Assembly (NCBI GenBank): GCA_963765125.1
Contig: CAVXUZ010000004.1
Coordinates: 792 to 64,791 of the forward strand
Length of the DNA stretch: 64,000 bases
Reading direction: 5' to 3'
Source: an uncultured candidate division WWE3 bacterium
GTDB lineage: Bacteria; Patescibacteriota; WWE3; UBA101185; UBA10185
Positions 19,175 to 29,334 of this stretch are shown one piece after another. The translations under genes were made by a program, and so were the position numbers. The notes under the pieces are model-generated. The model was not told the DNA's origin, searched no databases, and saw only the letters and a program-made list of their open reading frames with translations. Each line of letters begins with the position of its first letter. Position 1 is the first letter of the stretch.

Positions 19175-19483
19175 CTAGTCTAGTGTGTCTTCGTCTTCGA
19201 AAGAGGCAGCATTTGCAGATTTTGGATACGCCTTCAATCTAGCTCTAGAAATAACGTATCTATAGGCGCCAAGAGCAAAAATACTTAATCCGAGTGAAAT
19301 TAACGCCCATCCTATTAGTAAAATAACAATGCCGTCTTGAATAAAATGCAAAGCGCCAGCTCCACCTATGATTAATGATAGTCCTGTTCTAATGTATGCA
19401 AGAAACGTTCTTTCGTTTGCCATTAGCGTGCGATCAAGCGCCAAAGAATCCCTAGTTTTACAATTTTCTGTATTTTTCATCAA
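19175..19483 (-). CDS. DUF202/YidH-family small membrane protein
   Basis: LALDRTLMANERTFLAYIRTGLSL signature. Confidence 0.5.
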   Translation of the reverse strand: MMKNTENCKTRDSLALDRTLMANERTFLAYIRTGLSLIIGGAGALHFIQDGIVILLIGWALISLGLSIFALGAYRYVISRARLKAYPKSANAASFEDEDTLD

Positions 19484-19604
19484 TAAAATGATAATGGTGA
19501 TTACACAGTTTGTAAAACACTACATTAATTGTGTAATTATAAACCCTATAGTATTTGACAGGTGGGGGCGACGCTTGTATAATATCAGAAACTCTAAAAA
19601 GGAG

Positions 19605-20258
19605 ATGAGAATGCACAACGTTAGCGAAGTCTTTGCAACGGCATTGAGCATGATTTTTTTGATCTTTGTCTTTAAACAGCTCCAAAATAAGTATCTAGCC
19701 ACTATCGGCGGAGAGAAAAACATAAAGTTTGGTTGGATGGAAAAAAACTTTGTCCAATACACGCTAACAATGTCGGTTTTGGAAAGTGGTTTGCGTAAAC
19801 CTATTACCGAAGAACTAGTCTATAGGCTACCATTGCTTCTTTTTGGGGTGGGTACGCCAGCACTGTGGATAATTATGACTCTGTGGTCTGTTTTATCTTT
19901 TGGTTTTGGCCACTGGAGCACACCTCGAGTTTTTTATATTACTCCAAAAAAGATCAGAAATAAGCTTGAGAACAGTCATACCGTTCGTTACTTCTATGAA
20001 AATATCGAAAATACACCACTAGACGATGTTGTTGATGAATATAGAAGACAGGCGGTAAAAGAATTGGATAGAGCTGCTATTAAAAAAGAATTTGATAAAC
20101 AAAGTGTTATATATGTTTCGTTTGCTTGTATTTTTGGCCTAGTAGTGTCCATTATTACAGTGTGGCAACAAAATATTTGGTACGCTGTTCTTACTCACTG
20201 TATTTTTAATGTCGCTAGTATCGTAACTAAAGTGCAAAGCTCCTATAAACTAGAATAG
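19605..20258 (+). CDS. CPBP (CAAX) family intramembrane metalloprotease
   Basis: EELVYRLPL (EExxxR) and FGFGHW (FxxxH) motifs; RBS AAAGGAG before ATG at 19605 (the upstream extension from 19368 is unlikely). Confidence 0.65.
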   Translation: MRMHNVSEVFATALSMIFLIFVFKQLQNKYLATIGGEKNIKFGWMEKNFVQYTLTMSVLESGLRKPITEELVYRLPLLLFGVGTPALWIIMTLWSVLSFGFGHWSTPRVFYITPKKIRNKLENSHTVRYFYENIENTPLDDVVDEYRRQAVKELDRAAIKKEFDKQSVIYVSFACIFGLVVSIITVWQQNIWYAVLTHCIFNVASIVTKVQSSYKLE

Positions 20259-20381
20259 GAGCTTTTTCTTTTTTAAAACACTGCAACTTAAACAAAAATC
20301 CCACACCCAAATATTACCTATAGGTTGACTAGAACGGTTTTCGCTGGTAAAATCCACGAAATCATAAAAATGGAGGGATTA

Positions 20382-20657
20382 ATGTTGAAAAAAGAGTATA
20401 TTCGATGGCAGATGGTTGCACAAAGTCCTACAGGTGAAAAAATGGTAGTCAGCGCAGATGAAGGCCCAACAAAGTTTGATAACTCTTTACCTGATGCTCA
20501 CCATCTTATTTTTCAGCGAGGTGTGACAGTAGCTGTGGATAACTTGGTGGTTGGACCATCGTTACCAACTAAGCAGATTGAAATAATTATCCCATTCGGG
20601 TATTGCATTTATTTTATAAACCCGGGAAATTTCATCGCACCAAAAGACGGTCAATAG
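20382..20657 (+). CDS. Hypothetical protein
   Basis: ORF; GGAGGG before ATG 20382. Confidence 0.4.
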   Translation: MLKKEYIRWQMVAQSPTGEKMVVSADEGPTKFDNSLPDAHHLIFQRGVTVAVDNLVVGPSLPTKQIEIIIPFGYCIYFINPGNFIAPKDGQ

Positions 20658-20665
20658 GAGGAGCT

Positions 20666-21013
20666 GTGTTAAATAAGTCTGATCTTGTAAAATTAAAAGC
20701 GTACATGCCTTATGACACAATTAAAGTCTGTGTTCATACAGATCAAGATGAAGTCGTTCACGTTGAGGGTGACCTGGTACCTGAATTTGGGATTTTTGCC
20801 AACAAAGTAGTCGACGAATGCAAAGATCTTAAGGGAAAACCGGATAGAGCCTCTCTCACGTTAAAAAACAGTGATGGAACGATTGCAAGATCCTTCGAAA
20901 TTGCAGAGGGAGCAGATTTAGCAAATATGGTAAGAGTCGTTATCGCAGAATCAGTCAACACCCTTAAACGCAGTTCATTAATCTTATTAAGGGATGACAG
21001 ACATAAGATCTGA
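20666..21013 (+). CDS. Hypothetical protein
   Basis: ORF; GGAGGAG before GTG 20666. Confidence 0.4.
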   Translation: MLNKSDLVKLKAYMPYDTIKVCVHTDQDEVVHVEGDLVPEFGIFANKVVDECKDLKGKPDRASLTLKNSDGTIARSFEIAEGADLANMVRVVIAESVNTLKRSSLILLRDDRHKI

Positions 21014-21033
21014 AAATAACTAGCTACAAAAAC

Positions 21034-21066
21034 AAGGACAAGCCAACAAAGCCTGTCCTTTTTTTA
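21034..21066 (+). terminator. Hairpin + T-run terminator
   Basis: AAGGACA...TGTCCTT then TTTTTTT. Confidence 0.45.
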
Positions 21067-21104
21067 TGCTCAAAATATTACGGGTGTATCATTAAAATAT
21101 CACC

Positions 21105-21374
21105 ATGCCATATACTGTTTATTTACTAAAATGTGCTGACGGTTCATATTACTGTGGGTACACTACTGATATAGAAAAGCGCTTACTTTTGCACAATACC
21201 TCAAAGAAGGGTGCAAAGTATACCGCGTCAAAACGCCCTGTTACGTTAGCTTATACGGAAACCTACGATAGTTTAAGTGAGGCATTAAAGCGCGAGGCTG
21301 CAATAAAACGCCTCAATCACCAACAAAAAGAATCACTTATAAAACTTGCTATTACGCCCAAAACACGAATATAA
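21105..21374 (+). CDS. GIY-YIG nuclease superfamily protein (UPF0213-like)
   Basis: YTVYLLKCADGSYYCGYTTDIEKRLLLHN. Confidence 0.65.
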   Translation: MPYTVYLLKCADGSYYCGYTTDIEKRLLLHNTSKKGAKYTASKRPVTLAYTETYDSLSEALKREAAIKRLNHQQKESLIKLAITPKTRI

Positions 21375-21380
21375 TCGGGT

Positions 21381-22325
21381 GTGCCTAATTTTTGGAAAAA
21401 CCTTAAAAAACCATTTACTGTTCTTGCTCCGATGGATGACGTTACCGACGTTGTTTTTAGAGAAATTATCGCAGACATAGCTAGACCTGACGTATTTGTT
21501 ACAGAATTTACAAGCGTCGATGCGATGGTGTCGATAGGTGCAGAAAAAATAAAAAGAAAATTGCAGTTCACAGAAAAACAACGCCCGATAGTTGCACAGA
21601 TCTGGGGAGCAAAACCAGAAAATTATTTTATCGTCGCACAAGAATTAGAAAAATTAGGTTTTAATGGAATTGATATAAATATGGGGTGCCCTGATAAAAA
21701 TGTCGTGAAACTAAAATCTGGTTCAGCGCTCATTAATAAAACAGAATTAGTTAGTGAAATTGTTGACGCGGTTAAAAAAGGAGCGCCTAATACTTCATTA
21801 AGCATAAAAACAAGACTCGACGTTACACCAGAGCTTACAGAAAAATGGATTTCTTATCTTCTTTCTCTAGATATTGATGAACTTACGATTCACGGCCGTG
21901 ACGCGCCCTCTCTTTCTAAAGTTGACGCAAACTGGGACGAAATCGGTAAGGTAGTTAAAGCCCGCAATAAAGCAAAAAAAGATGTTATTGTGGTTGGTAA
22001 CGGCGACGTTAAAGATATTATTGAAGTCGACGAAAAACACAAAAAATATAAAGTTGATGGTGTGATGATTGGTAGAGGTGTATTTCATAATCCTTGGCTC
22101 TTTGATAAAAATACTTGCCGCGAGATCCACTACAAAAAAGAAAGAATAGAACTACTACTCAAACATACGCGACTTTTTGAAAGCATGTGGGGTAAAAACA
22201 AAAACTTTGAAACAATGAAAAAGTTTTTCAAAATCTACATCAAAGAATTTATAGGCGCAGATAAATTAAGACAAAAATTAATGCTATGTAAATCGTACGA
22301 TGAGGTTTATGAAATCTTCTCTTGA
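21381..22325 (+). CDS. dus: tRNA-dihydrouridine synthase
   Basis: LAPMDDVTD N-terminus, TIM-barrel flavoenzyme pattern; true start may be ATG 21432. Confidence 0.7.
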   Translation: MPNFWKNLKKPFTVLAPMDDVTDVVFREIIADIARPDVFVTEFTSVDAMVSIGAEKIKRKLQFTEKQRPIVAQIWGAKPENYFIVAQELEKLGFNGIDINMGCPDKNVVKLKSGSALINKTELVSEIVDAVKKGAPNTSLSIKTRLDVTPELTEKWISYLLSLDIDELTIHGRDAPSLSKVDANWDEIGKVVKARNKAKKDVIVVGNGDVKDIIEVDEKHKKYKVDGVMIGRGVFHNPWLFDKNTCREIHYKKERIELLLKHTRLFESMWGKNKNFETMKKFFKIYIKEFIGADKLRQKLMLCKSYDEVYEIFS

Positions 22326-22636
22326 ATCGTCGCTCGATACTTAAACCACCTCTGCGTCATATTCTCCAAATATCTATAGTGAAAAATATAAGCGACAAAT
22401 AAAATCAGCAATGGAAAATCTAAATAAACCAAATACAGCCTAAGTGTAATTACCGTCGTGAGAATGCACATAAGCATCGCATTACCAACAAAAATAGTAA
22501 CCAAAAGATGAATTAATCTCTCGTGCTGAATCTGTAAAAGCATCGTTTTATGATTTTCTAAAACTTTTACCCAGTTTTCGGTTTGGTTATTTGCAGCAAT
22601 AATGTTTTTTATAGTTTTATCGTATTTTTTAAGCAT
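22307..22636 (-). CDS. Small membrane protein
   Basis: ORF with 2 TM helices. Confidence 0.4.
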   Translation of the reverse strand: MLKKYDKTIKNIIAANNQTENWVKVLENHKTMLLQIQHERLIHLLVTIFVGNAMLMCILTTVITLRLYLVYLDFPLLILFVAYIFHYRYLENMTQRWFKYRATIQEKIS

Positions 22637-22733
22637 TTGTTATCCCTACTAATTATAGAGCAGTCGACGCGATTTTTCTTTTTTGACATAAAAATGCCCG
22701 TATGATAGCCTTGTCTCAAATCAAACGAAGGGA

Positions 22734-22991
22734 GTGAAAAATATGGCTACTATAACCATTCAATGGAATCGGATGCCCGGTTATATTATTCTTAAATTAC
22801 TCAACGAAAGTGGTGAGCAGGTCGCAGAAGATTATTACGGCGGTGAACCTGAGCCCAATGTTGTTGAAAAATATTTAAGAGATATTGGTCAACTCAACCC
22901 GGAGAACGTGGTTCAACATAGAGAGGGTAAAGATCCTTATAAGATAGGACCTTCCTTCGCACATTCAAATCAACAAGATAAAGGAGAGTAG
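22734..22991 (+). CDS. Hypothetical protein
   Basis: ORF. Confidence 0.4.
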   Translation: MKNMATITIQWNRMPGYIILKLLNESGEQVAEDYYGGEPEPNVVEKYLRDIGQLNPENVVQHREGKDPYKIGPSFAHSNQQDKGE

Positions 22992-22993
22992 TA

Positions 22994-23698
22994 ATGGTAC
23001 CTATAAAAACTGTACTAAAAGAATGGCAATTTGTAAAAATCCTTAACGTTGATAAAGAGCTTGAGAAACTCAGATTTGAGTATGTCCAAGCACTGTATAA
23101 CAGCGTTCAAGAGTGTATGCTGAGCGTGCATGCCTTCATCAGCTTTAACTTGAGTTCAACGAGTAGATGGGTAGAATATTTTTTAAGTCAACAAGACATA
23201 AACCCTCATATCTTTTCTACTAATCCGACGCTAGACTCCGAAAAAGAACTGCTACTTTGGTTTAATACAGGTCGGATTGTACAAGTTGCTAAACTCGTTA
23301 CAACTCGAGAAGATGGCTCACAGATTGCCTTAATTAATTTAAGGTATGGGAGTGAACCGCTTGAGATTGATACTGCGACAATGCAAATAGAACCCGCGAA
23401 CCATTATGAAACTGAGGGATACACCAAGTTTCATCCTGGAATGCTAGTTTCGATTACCGAGCCAAGAGGCATTCTCTACGAGCTAGACTCAACTATTTAC
23501 CAAAGGTATAAAGCATTTCCAATAAGAAATGACGCAATTAATAGTGTGAAGACCTCTATATACAGACGGCTGAAAAGTAATCCCGTTCTTCAGGTGTTTA
23601 TGGTTGAACCTTCAGAAAAACGTATTTTGGTCTATAAAGACGAGCTTAGTAGTGATAACCCAATCTACGTAAATCCAAAGTTTCTTACTCCTGTCTAG
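22994..23698 (+). CDS. Hypothetical protein
   Basis: ORF immediately following 22734..22991. Confidence 0.45.
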   Translation: MVPIKTVLKEWQFVKILNVDKELEKLRFEYVQALYNSVQECMLSVHAFISFNLSSTSRWVEYFLSQQDINPHIFSTNPTLDSEKELLLWFNTGRIVQVAKLVTTREDGSQIALINLRYGSEPLEIDTATMQIEPANHYETEGYTKFHPGMLVSITEPRGILYELDSTIYQRYKAFPIRNDAINSVKTSIYRRLKSNPVLQVFMVEPSEKRILVYKDELSSDNPIYVNPKFLTPV

Positions 23699-23704
23699 AA
23701 ACTG

Positions 23705-23738
23705 AAATCCCCAATGTACCAACCTTGGGGATTTTTTT
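23705..23738 (+). terminator. Rho-independent terminator (AAATCCCCA...TGGGGATTT + T7)
   Basis: Seen in sequence. Confidence 0.6.
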
Positions 23739-23810
23739 GTGCAAAATAAAATAAACCACAAAAACACAAGTATCCAAAGCACAATCGTAAAGAGATGGTA
23801 ACATTAATGT

Positions 23811-24575
23811 ATGGATCTTATTAAAACGTCTACACACAAAGCGCGTATGGATTTGGCTGAAGAAATATTCTGTAAGATCATGCACGAGAAAAAGAACGAA
23901 ATCTTGGCAGTTGGGTTATATGGCTCCATGGCAAAGCACACCGATACTCCATTTTCAGATATTGAGTTTGATGTAATACCTAAAGAAGAAGATGTTAATT
24001 ATTCTGTGAGCCATATATATAAAGGTATAAAATACGAAATTTGTTACATAAGTAAAAACATATTAATTCAAAATATCCGTAATCCTGCAAATATTGATTG
24101 GCCAAAAACAATTTCAGCCTCTTTAACAGCTAAGCCATTTTACGACCCAACTAACACATTTGAAGAATTTAAAAAAGAATACAACAAAATTATAAAAGCT
24201 GATTTTACTCCATTTTATAAAGATTTGTTCGTTGATGGAATATATGAGTCTATGTGTAAGTTTATTAAAGCTGTTAAACACGGCGATATGTCTTCAGTAA
24301 GATTTTACGCGTATCACTATTTGTTTGATGAATTCATTTGTTTTATTGCAATACTAAATAAAACTTTTATAAACAATGCTGCTACTAGAGGTGTTGACTC
24401 TATAAATATGCCTATTAATTTTAATTCCTATAAAGTGTTTGCAAGATTACTTATAAATGGCGAAGTTGAAAAACCTGACACACTGATTGAGAGTGCATTC
24501 TCCGTTTATAAAGAAATAGAAACATTTATCCTATCAAAGAATATAAAAATAGAAACCGACGAAATAATCCTATAA
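23811..24575 (+). CDS. Kanamycin nucleotidyltransferase ANT(4')-like protein (Pol-beta superfamily NTase)
   Basis: VGLYGSMAKHTDTPFSDIEFDV aligns with the GS...SDIE motif and flanks of ANT(4')-Ia; similar length (254 aa); ...DWP.T motif conserved. Confidence 0.55.
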   Translation: MDLIKTSTHKARMDLAEEIFCKIMHEKKNEILAVGLYGSMAKHTDTPFSDIEFDVIPKEEDVNYSVSHIYKGIKYEICYISKNILIQNIRNPANIDWPKTISASLTAKPFYDPTNTFEEFKKEYNKIIKADFTPFYKDLFVDGIYESMCKFIKAVKHGDMSSVRFYAYHYLFDEFICFIAILNKTFINNAATRGVDSINMPINFNSYKVFARLLINGEVEKPDTLIESAFSVYKEIETFILSKNIKIETDEIIL

Positions 24576-24695
24576 GTTGCGTTTTATAACTACAAGTGGT
24601 AAATTACAACCAATCGTATCGTTGAGACAGTGCAATGCACATTGAAATATAAATGTCTCTAATCTCATCAAACCTATGACAAAAGAGAGGACAAA

Positions 24696-25268
24696 ATGAA
24701 TAGGCAAAAATGGTTTAATTTTACTACGCGTGAACTTGTTGCAATGGCCATATTGATCGCAGTAGCCGGGGTTATTCAGGTCCTTTGGGCCCAAATCGTC
24801 TACAACCTTCAATGGTTAGGACCGTTTACTAATCTTTTTGGAAGTTTTGGTTTCAACATTGTGAGCTTTGCTGTACTATTTCTCATCAGAAAACCAGGTG
24901 CAGCAACAGTTGTAAAGGTATTAGCTGGTGTTATTGAACTCGCTATGGGTAGTCCAGTCGGCCCAGTTGTAATTTTCTACAATCTTGTAGAGGGTTTCGC
25001 TGCTGATCTGGCATTTGTATTCTTCAAAGGTGATTTTTCTTTATACATGATAATCACCGGATCGATCATAGCTTGGCTTCTAGCAGCTCCAGTTGATGCA
25101 TACCGCGATGCCGTACCAATGACAACAAGTGGTATTGTTGGATACTTTGGTCCTGGCGGAATGGGTAAAGTATGGATTTCACTTTGGGTCTATCTAACCC
25201 TACTTGCTCTTAAAAAGGCAGGTGTTAAACCAATCACAAAGGAAAGTACTGTAATAGTAAATACTTAA
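24696..25268 (+). CDS. ECF transporter substrate-specific (S) component
   Basis: 190-aa polytopic membrane protein directly upstream of ecfA/ecfT. Confidence 0.55.
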   Translation: MNRQKWFNFTTRELVAMAILIAVAGVIQVLWAQIVYNLQWLGPFTNLFGSFGFNIVSFAVLFLIRKPGAATVVKVLAGVIELAMGSPVGPVVIFYNLVEGFAADLAFVFFKGDFSLYMIITGSIIAWLLAAPVDAYRDAVPMTTSGIVGYFGPGGMGKVWISLWVYLTLLALKKAGVKPITKESTVIVNT

Positions 25269-25379
25269 TCAGTATTACAACTATTTTACTTTTTGAATCG
25301 ATAAATAGCCCGTCAAAAATCATATTTGCCGGGCTTTTATTTTTGACTATTTTATAATTCAAAAGAAACGGAGGACTAA

Positions 25380-26969
25380 ATGATTTCGGTTAAGAACTTT
25401 TCGTATTCTTACCCAAACAACCGTCCAGCTTTGAAGAACATAAATCTTTCTGTATCCTCCGGTGAATTTGTATTGATAGCAGGCCCAAATGGTGGCGGCA
25501 AATCAACACTTTTACAAGCAATCCTAGGTGTAGTACCGGAGTACTATGGTGGTGAGATAAGTGGAAGAATTACGTTCGAAGGCAAAGACGTTAAAGAATT
25601 TGGCATAGTAAAACTAGCAGGAAAAATTGGCATAGTTCTTCAAGACCCAGAAAGCCAGATAAGCAACTTGACTGTATGGGAAGAAGTAACTTTTGCGTTA
25701 GGCAATCTTCTTACGCCGCAGGAAGAGATAATACAACGCGGTAAGCAGTCGTTAGAAACAATGGATATACTTCCGCTACGTAACGCGTCGGTTGAAACTC
25801 TTTCAGGTGGGCAGCTACAAAGACTAGCAATTGCAACTCTAGTAGCTTTGCATCCCAGAATTATGATCTTAGATGAGCCGTTGGCAAGCCTAGATCCTCT
25901 TGGAGTAAAGTCTGTTATCGACGCTCTAAAAGTTCTTAAAAACTTTGTTGATGTAATAATAGTTGCGTCGCATTGGCTTGACCCTTTCTTAGATCTATCT
26001 ACGCGTTTAATAGTAGTAGATTCTGGAAGTATCGTTTTAGACATACCGTCAGCAACTATTGATAACCACCAAGAAGAGCTTAGTTTTCACAGCGTTGAAA
26101 TCCCACAGAGAATCTTGATAAAAAAGATTTTAAGCTCTCAAGGTATCAAATATTTTTCCAAAAATGGAAGTCTAATTCTCCCTAATGGAAAAACACTCAA
26201 GCCAGTTCAACACAATGCCAGTAGTAATGCTGATTTTGGGTTGGTGATGGATGGCGTAAGCTACTCATATAGTGGATGCCTGGAAACACTCAAGAATGTC
26301 ACTTTAAGTTTAAGAAAACATTCAAGAACTGCGATTGCAGGCCGTAACGGCGCGGGAAAAAGCACGTTGGCTAGACTCTTAGCGGGGTTGAGAAAACCAA
26401 AAAGTGGTAGGTTGATAATTAATTATCAAACCATATCGATGACTACTCAAAAACCAAGTTTAGGTTTTATTACAAACAAAGTGCTTGAGGAACTGAGATA
26501 TGGATTGAATCTCTCTGAAGCAGAAGCAATTAGAATTCTTGAAGAATTTAATCTTGCTCAATTTAAAGAGGTTTCACCATTTACACTTTCTGGGGGTGAA
26601 CAAAGACGTTTCTCTCTGGCTTTAGCTTTATCATCAAAACCAGATCAGATAATTCTCGATGAACCTACTGCTGGTATGGATACCAATCAAGTGAGGTTTA
26701 TGATAAGCACTATGGAAAAGTTCGATGGTGCATCAGTTTTTGTGACGCACGATCCAAGACTGGTAGGAACGTTCTTGAAAGAAATCGCAGTCATAGAAAA
26801 TGGCATGCTCTTTTTCAAAGGTGTTACATCAGATTTAGACTCGGAAACTTTTTCCCTCTTGGGTTACCAATTCACAAATGCAACGGTAAAGTTTGCTCTA
26901 CAGTATCTTCAAAGAGAGCTACCGATGCTACCATCGCAGATCGAGGTGATACATGAATCTAGCATATAA
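25380..26969 (+). CDS. ecfA: ECF transporter ATPase, fused tandem EcfA-EcfA'
   Basis: Two ABC cassettes (GPNGGGKST / LSGGQLQR and GRNGAGKST / LSGGEQRR). Confidence 0.8.
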   Translation: MISVKNFSYSYPNNRPALKNINLSVSSGEFVLIAGPNGGGKSTLLQAILGVVPEYYGGEISGRITFEGKDVKEFGIVKLAGKIGIVLQDPESQISNLTVWEEVTFALGNLLTPQEEIIQRGKQSLETMDILPLRNASVETLSGGQLQRLAIATLVALHPRIMILDEPLASLDPLGVKSVIDALKVLKNFVDVIIVASHWLDPFLDLSTRLIVVDSGSIVLDIPSATIDNHQEELSFHSVEIPQRILIKKILSSQGIKYFSKNGSLILPNGKTLKPVQHNASSNADFGLVMDGVSYSYSGCLETLKNVTLSLRKHSRTAIAGRNGAGKSTLARLLAGLRKPKSGRLIINYQTISMTTQKPSLGFITNKVLEELRYGLNLSEAEAIRILEEFNLAQFKEVSPFTLSGGEQRRFSLALALSSKPDQIILDEPTAGMDTNQVRFMISTMEKFDGASVFVTHDPRLVGTFLKEIAVIENGMLFFKGVTSDLDSETFSLLGYQFTNATVKFALQYLQRELPMLPSQIEVIHESSI

Positions 26970-27693
26970 TGCAAAGGCAACGGTGTTTCAGAAAATTGAT
27001 CCGATAACAAAGCTGGTTTGGACCTTTGTTGTAGCGTGGTGGCTATACGGATTGAGAGACATTTGGAGTGTTGTAGCAGTAAGTTTTGGGATTACATTAA
27101 TCTCATACGTCTGTTCAAAGTTTAACTTAACTAGTTTTCTAAAAGTCTCTGGGATAATTTTTCTTGGAGGATGGGGATTAATGGTTTATCAAGGTCTTTT
27201 TAGACCTGGGCCAGGGATACCCGTTGGGCCTTTTGTGCTGTCATACGAAGGAATGACTTTAGGTTTCTCCTTGGCACTACGCACGTTTGGTCTTGTTGCT
27301 GCAGGCTGGGCTTTTTCTATCAGCACAAGCCCGAAGGACATGGAACTTTCTATGGTAAAAATGCATGTACCCTACAAAATTGCGCGGGTTGCATATTTAT
27401 CACTAAGATTAATTCCTATCTTTAAAAGAGACATTCAAATGATTCAGGACATTCAAACTTTAAGAAAGGTGAAAAACGGTTTAGACAGATTTAAAAAATC
27501 TATCGTTGCTTTAATCGCAACCGAAGTCAGACAGGTTGATACCATTTCAATAGCATTAGAAACTAGAGGATTTGGTCTGTACGACAAAAGGTCTGAATTA
27601 ACAACTGTCACAATTTCAAAAAGTGGAATCGCACTAGTAACTATAACAATACTACTGATGATTCTCCACAACGTAGCATTAAAAATGTTATAA
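26953..27693 (+). CDS. ecfT: ECF transporter transmembrane (T) component
   Basis: Overlaps ecfA stop; CbiQ-like membrane protein. Confidence 0.7.
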   Translation: MNLAYNAKATVFQKIDPITKLVWTFVVAWWLYGLRDIWSVVAVSFGITLISYVCSKFNLTSFLKVSGIIFLGGWGLMVYQGLFRPGPGIPVGPFVLSYEGMTLGFSLALRTFGLVAAGWAFSISTSPKDMELSMVKMHVPYKIARVAYLSLRLIPIFKRDIQMIQDIQTLRKVKNGLDRFKKSIVALIATEVRQVDTISIALETRGFGLYDKRSELTTVTISKSGIALVTITILLMILHNVALKML

Positions 27694-27734
27694 AAAAAGG
27701 GCAAGCTATTTTCCTCACGGAATATACTTGCCCT
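27692..27734 (-). terminator. Hairpin terminator for minus-strand rsmC-like gene (GGGCAAG...CTTGCCC, T-run on minus strand)
   Basis: Seen in sequence. Confidence 0.5.
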
Positions 27735-27746
27735 TTATGTTACTTG

Positions 27747-28937
27747 TTACTTTTTCACTTCCAGAATGCTGTATCCTTCGACACTGGCTGCAATTATTGG
27801 TGCACCAATTAGTGGTTCAAGAAATTCTCTTATTTCTGAAACTCGTGAATCCTCAATTACTAAGAACATCCTCCCACCTTTAGAAAGCCTACGACGCGCC
27901 TGGGTTAGAATTCTAACAAGGTGCTGGCGTGGTATGTGTAGTGGTGGATTAGTAAGAATTAAATCAAATTCTCCCGAGATTGCCTCAGCACCATCACTAA
28001 GAACCACATTTACACGATCGTTGAGCTCTGCAGCTTTAACGTTTATTACCGTAGAGTCTACTGCGCGAGCGTTGACATCACTTAAAACCAAGTTTGCGCC
28101 TGGATACAGTAATGCCGCCGATATACCTATGTATCCAGAACCGCAGCCCAAATCCCAAATTTTTAAAGGACTCAGGTTGAGCGAGGATACATAACGTATT
28201 AAAGCTGCGCTCCCTAAGTCAACGCCACCTTTTGAGAATCCGTCGTGTCCTGTTTGAATATGGATCACCTTGCCTGCAAATTCATAGGTGTAGCTGTTAT
28301 TTAGAAGCGTGAAATCTACCTTCTTACCATCGCTGGTAAACTTAATCACCCTAGCACCACCTTTACCTCTTGCTACAATTTCATTTTTTATTCCAGTAGC
28401 ATCGGTAATTACTTGCGAAAGATTTTCTGCTCCCTTACTTTTATGACTGATCATGAACAGTATCCCCTGCTTTGAAGAATTTACCAGGTCGATAACCTCC
28501 TCAACTATTGAAGCCTGATTCTGATAAGACTCGTGCACCAAAATACTCACATCGGCGCATTTGCTTATCTTTTTCTCAACAAAAACTTGAACATTATAAA
28601 AAACATTTTCTTCAAGATTTCTGTCGACAAGATCCCTGTTAGCCGTCCATAAAGATATATACGTTTGCATCTTTGGATTCGCTAGGGAAATTAGAGTTGG
28701 CACTAATCCTGTTCCGCCCTCTCTAATAACAACACTTTTTGCTTGCAAGTCTCTCAATGCCTTTAAAACATATTTGACACCTACAAATAACTCAGGAAAT
28801 TCTTTACCAAATTTCTGTATAACATAGTCTCCATTTGGTGTCTTATACAAGGACACTGGTTTTATTTGAACTGGAAGCTCCCCGGTAATAAATCTCCTTT
28901 CGTCATCAGCATTAACGTGATTGCGCTTTATATTCAT
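27747..28937 (-). CDS. rRNA (guanine-N2)-methyltransferase RsmC/RlmG family
   Basis: DLGCGSGYIG motif I, LILTNPPLH motif IV, duplicated MTase-like domain. Confidence 0.7.
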   Translation of the reverse strand: MNIKRNHVNADDERRFITGELPVQIKPVSLYKTPNGDYVIQKFGKEFPELFVGVKYVLKALRDLQAKSVVIREGGTGLVPTLISLANPKMQTYISLWTANRDLVDRNLEENVFYNVQVFVEKKISKCADVSILVHESYQNQASIVEEVIDLVNSSKQGILFMISHKSKGAENLSQVITDATGIKNEIVARGKGGARVIKFTSDGKKVDFTLLNNSYTYEFAGKVIHIQTGHDGFSKGGVDLGSAALIRYVSSLNLSPLKIWDLGCGSGYIGISAALLYPGANLVLSDVNARAVDSTVINVKAAELNDRVNVVLSDGAEAISGEFDLILTNPPLHIPRQHLVRILTQARRRLSKGGRMFLVIEDSRVSEIREFLEPLIGAPIIAASVEGYSILEVKK

Positions 28938-29334
28938 TAAGCACCTCTCTCTTTTATTATTCTTGCTGTGGATTATATCATTTTATGGTCTTTTATACTA
29001 ACCTCTAGTATTCCATTGCAAGACCGTGCTAATGACTTAACTGCGCTAACGCAGGACCTATTACCAACCGTTTATTTCACAGCACACCCTATATAGTATT
29101 AATGTTAGTTGGCGGACTGCACGATTTAAATATTAAATGTTTATAAATAGAAATATTGTCTAGATAAAACCTAACGCCTCAAAATTAAGTGTTATTCAGA
29201 AATATTATATTTCTAACAAGTTAGTTAATATTTATATGAAATCTAATTTTGTATCGCTCATATTTTAGACGCCATAAAAAACCATTCGTAATGCCAATAT
29301 TGACATGCTATTTTACGTGTGTTGTCATTAATAT

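Noticed and set aside
24570-24812. ORF 24570..24812 (-) overlapping the ECF S-component start
   Set aside because: It overlaps the 3' end of the ANT(4')-like gene and the 5' end of the S-component gene on the opposite strand. It has no RBS and an odd Cys/His-rich low-complexity translation. It is likely spurious.
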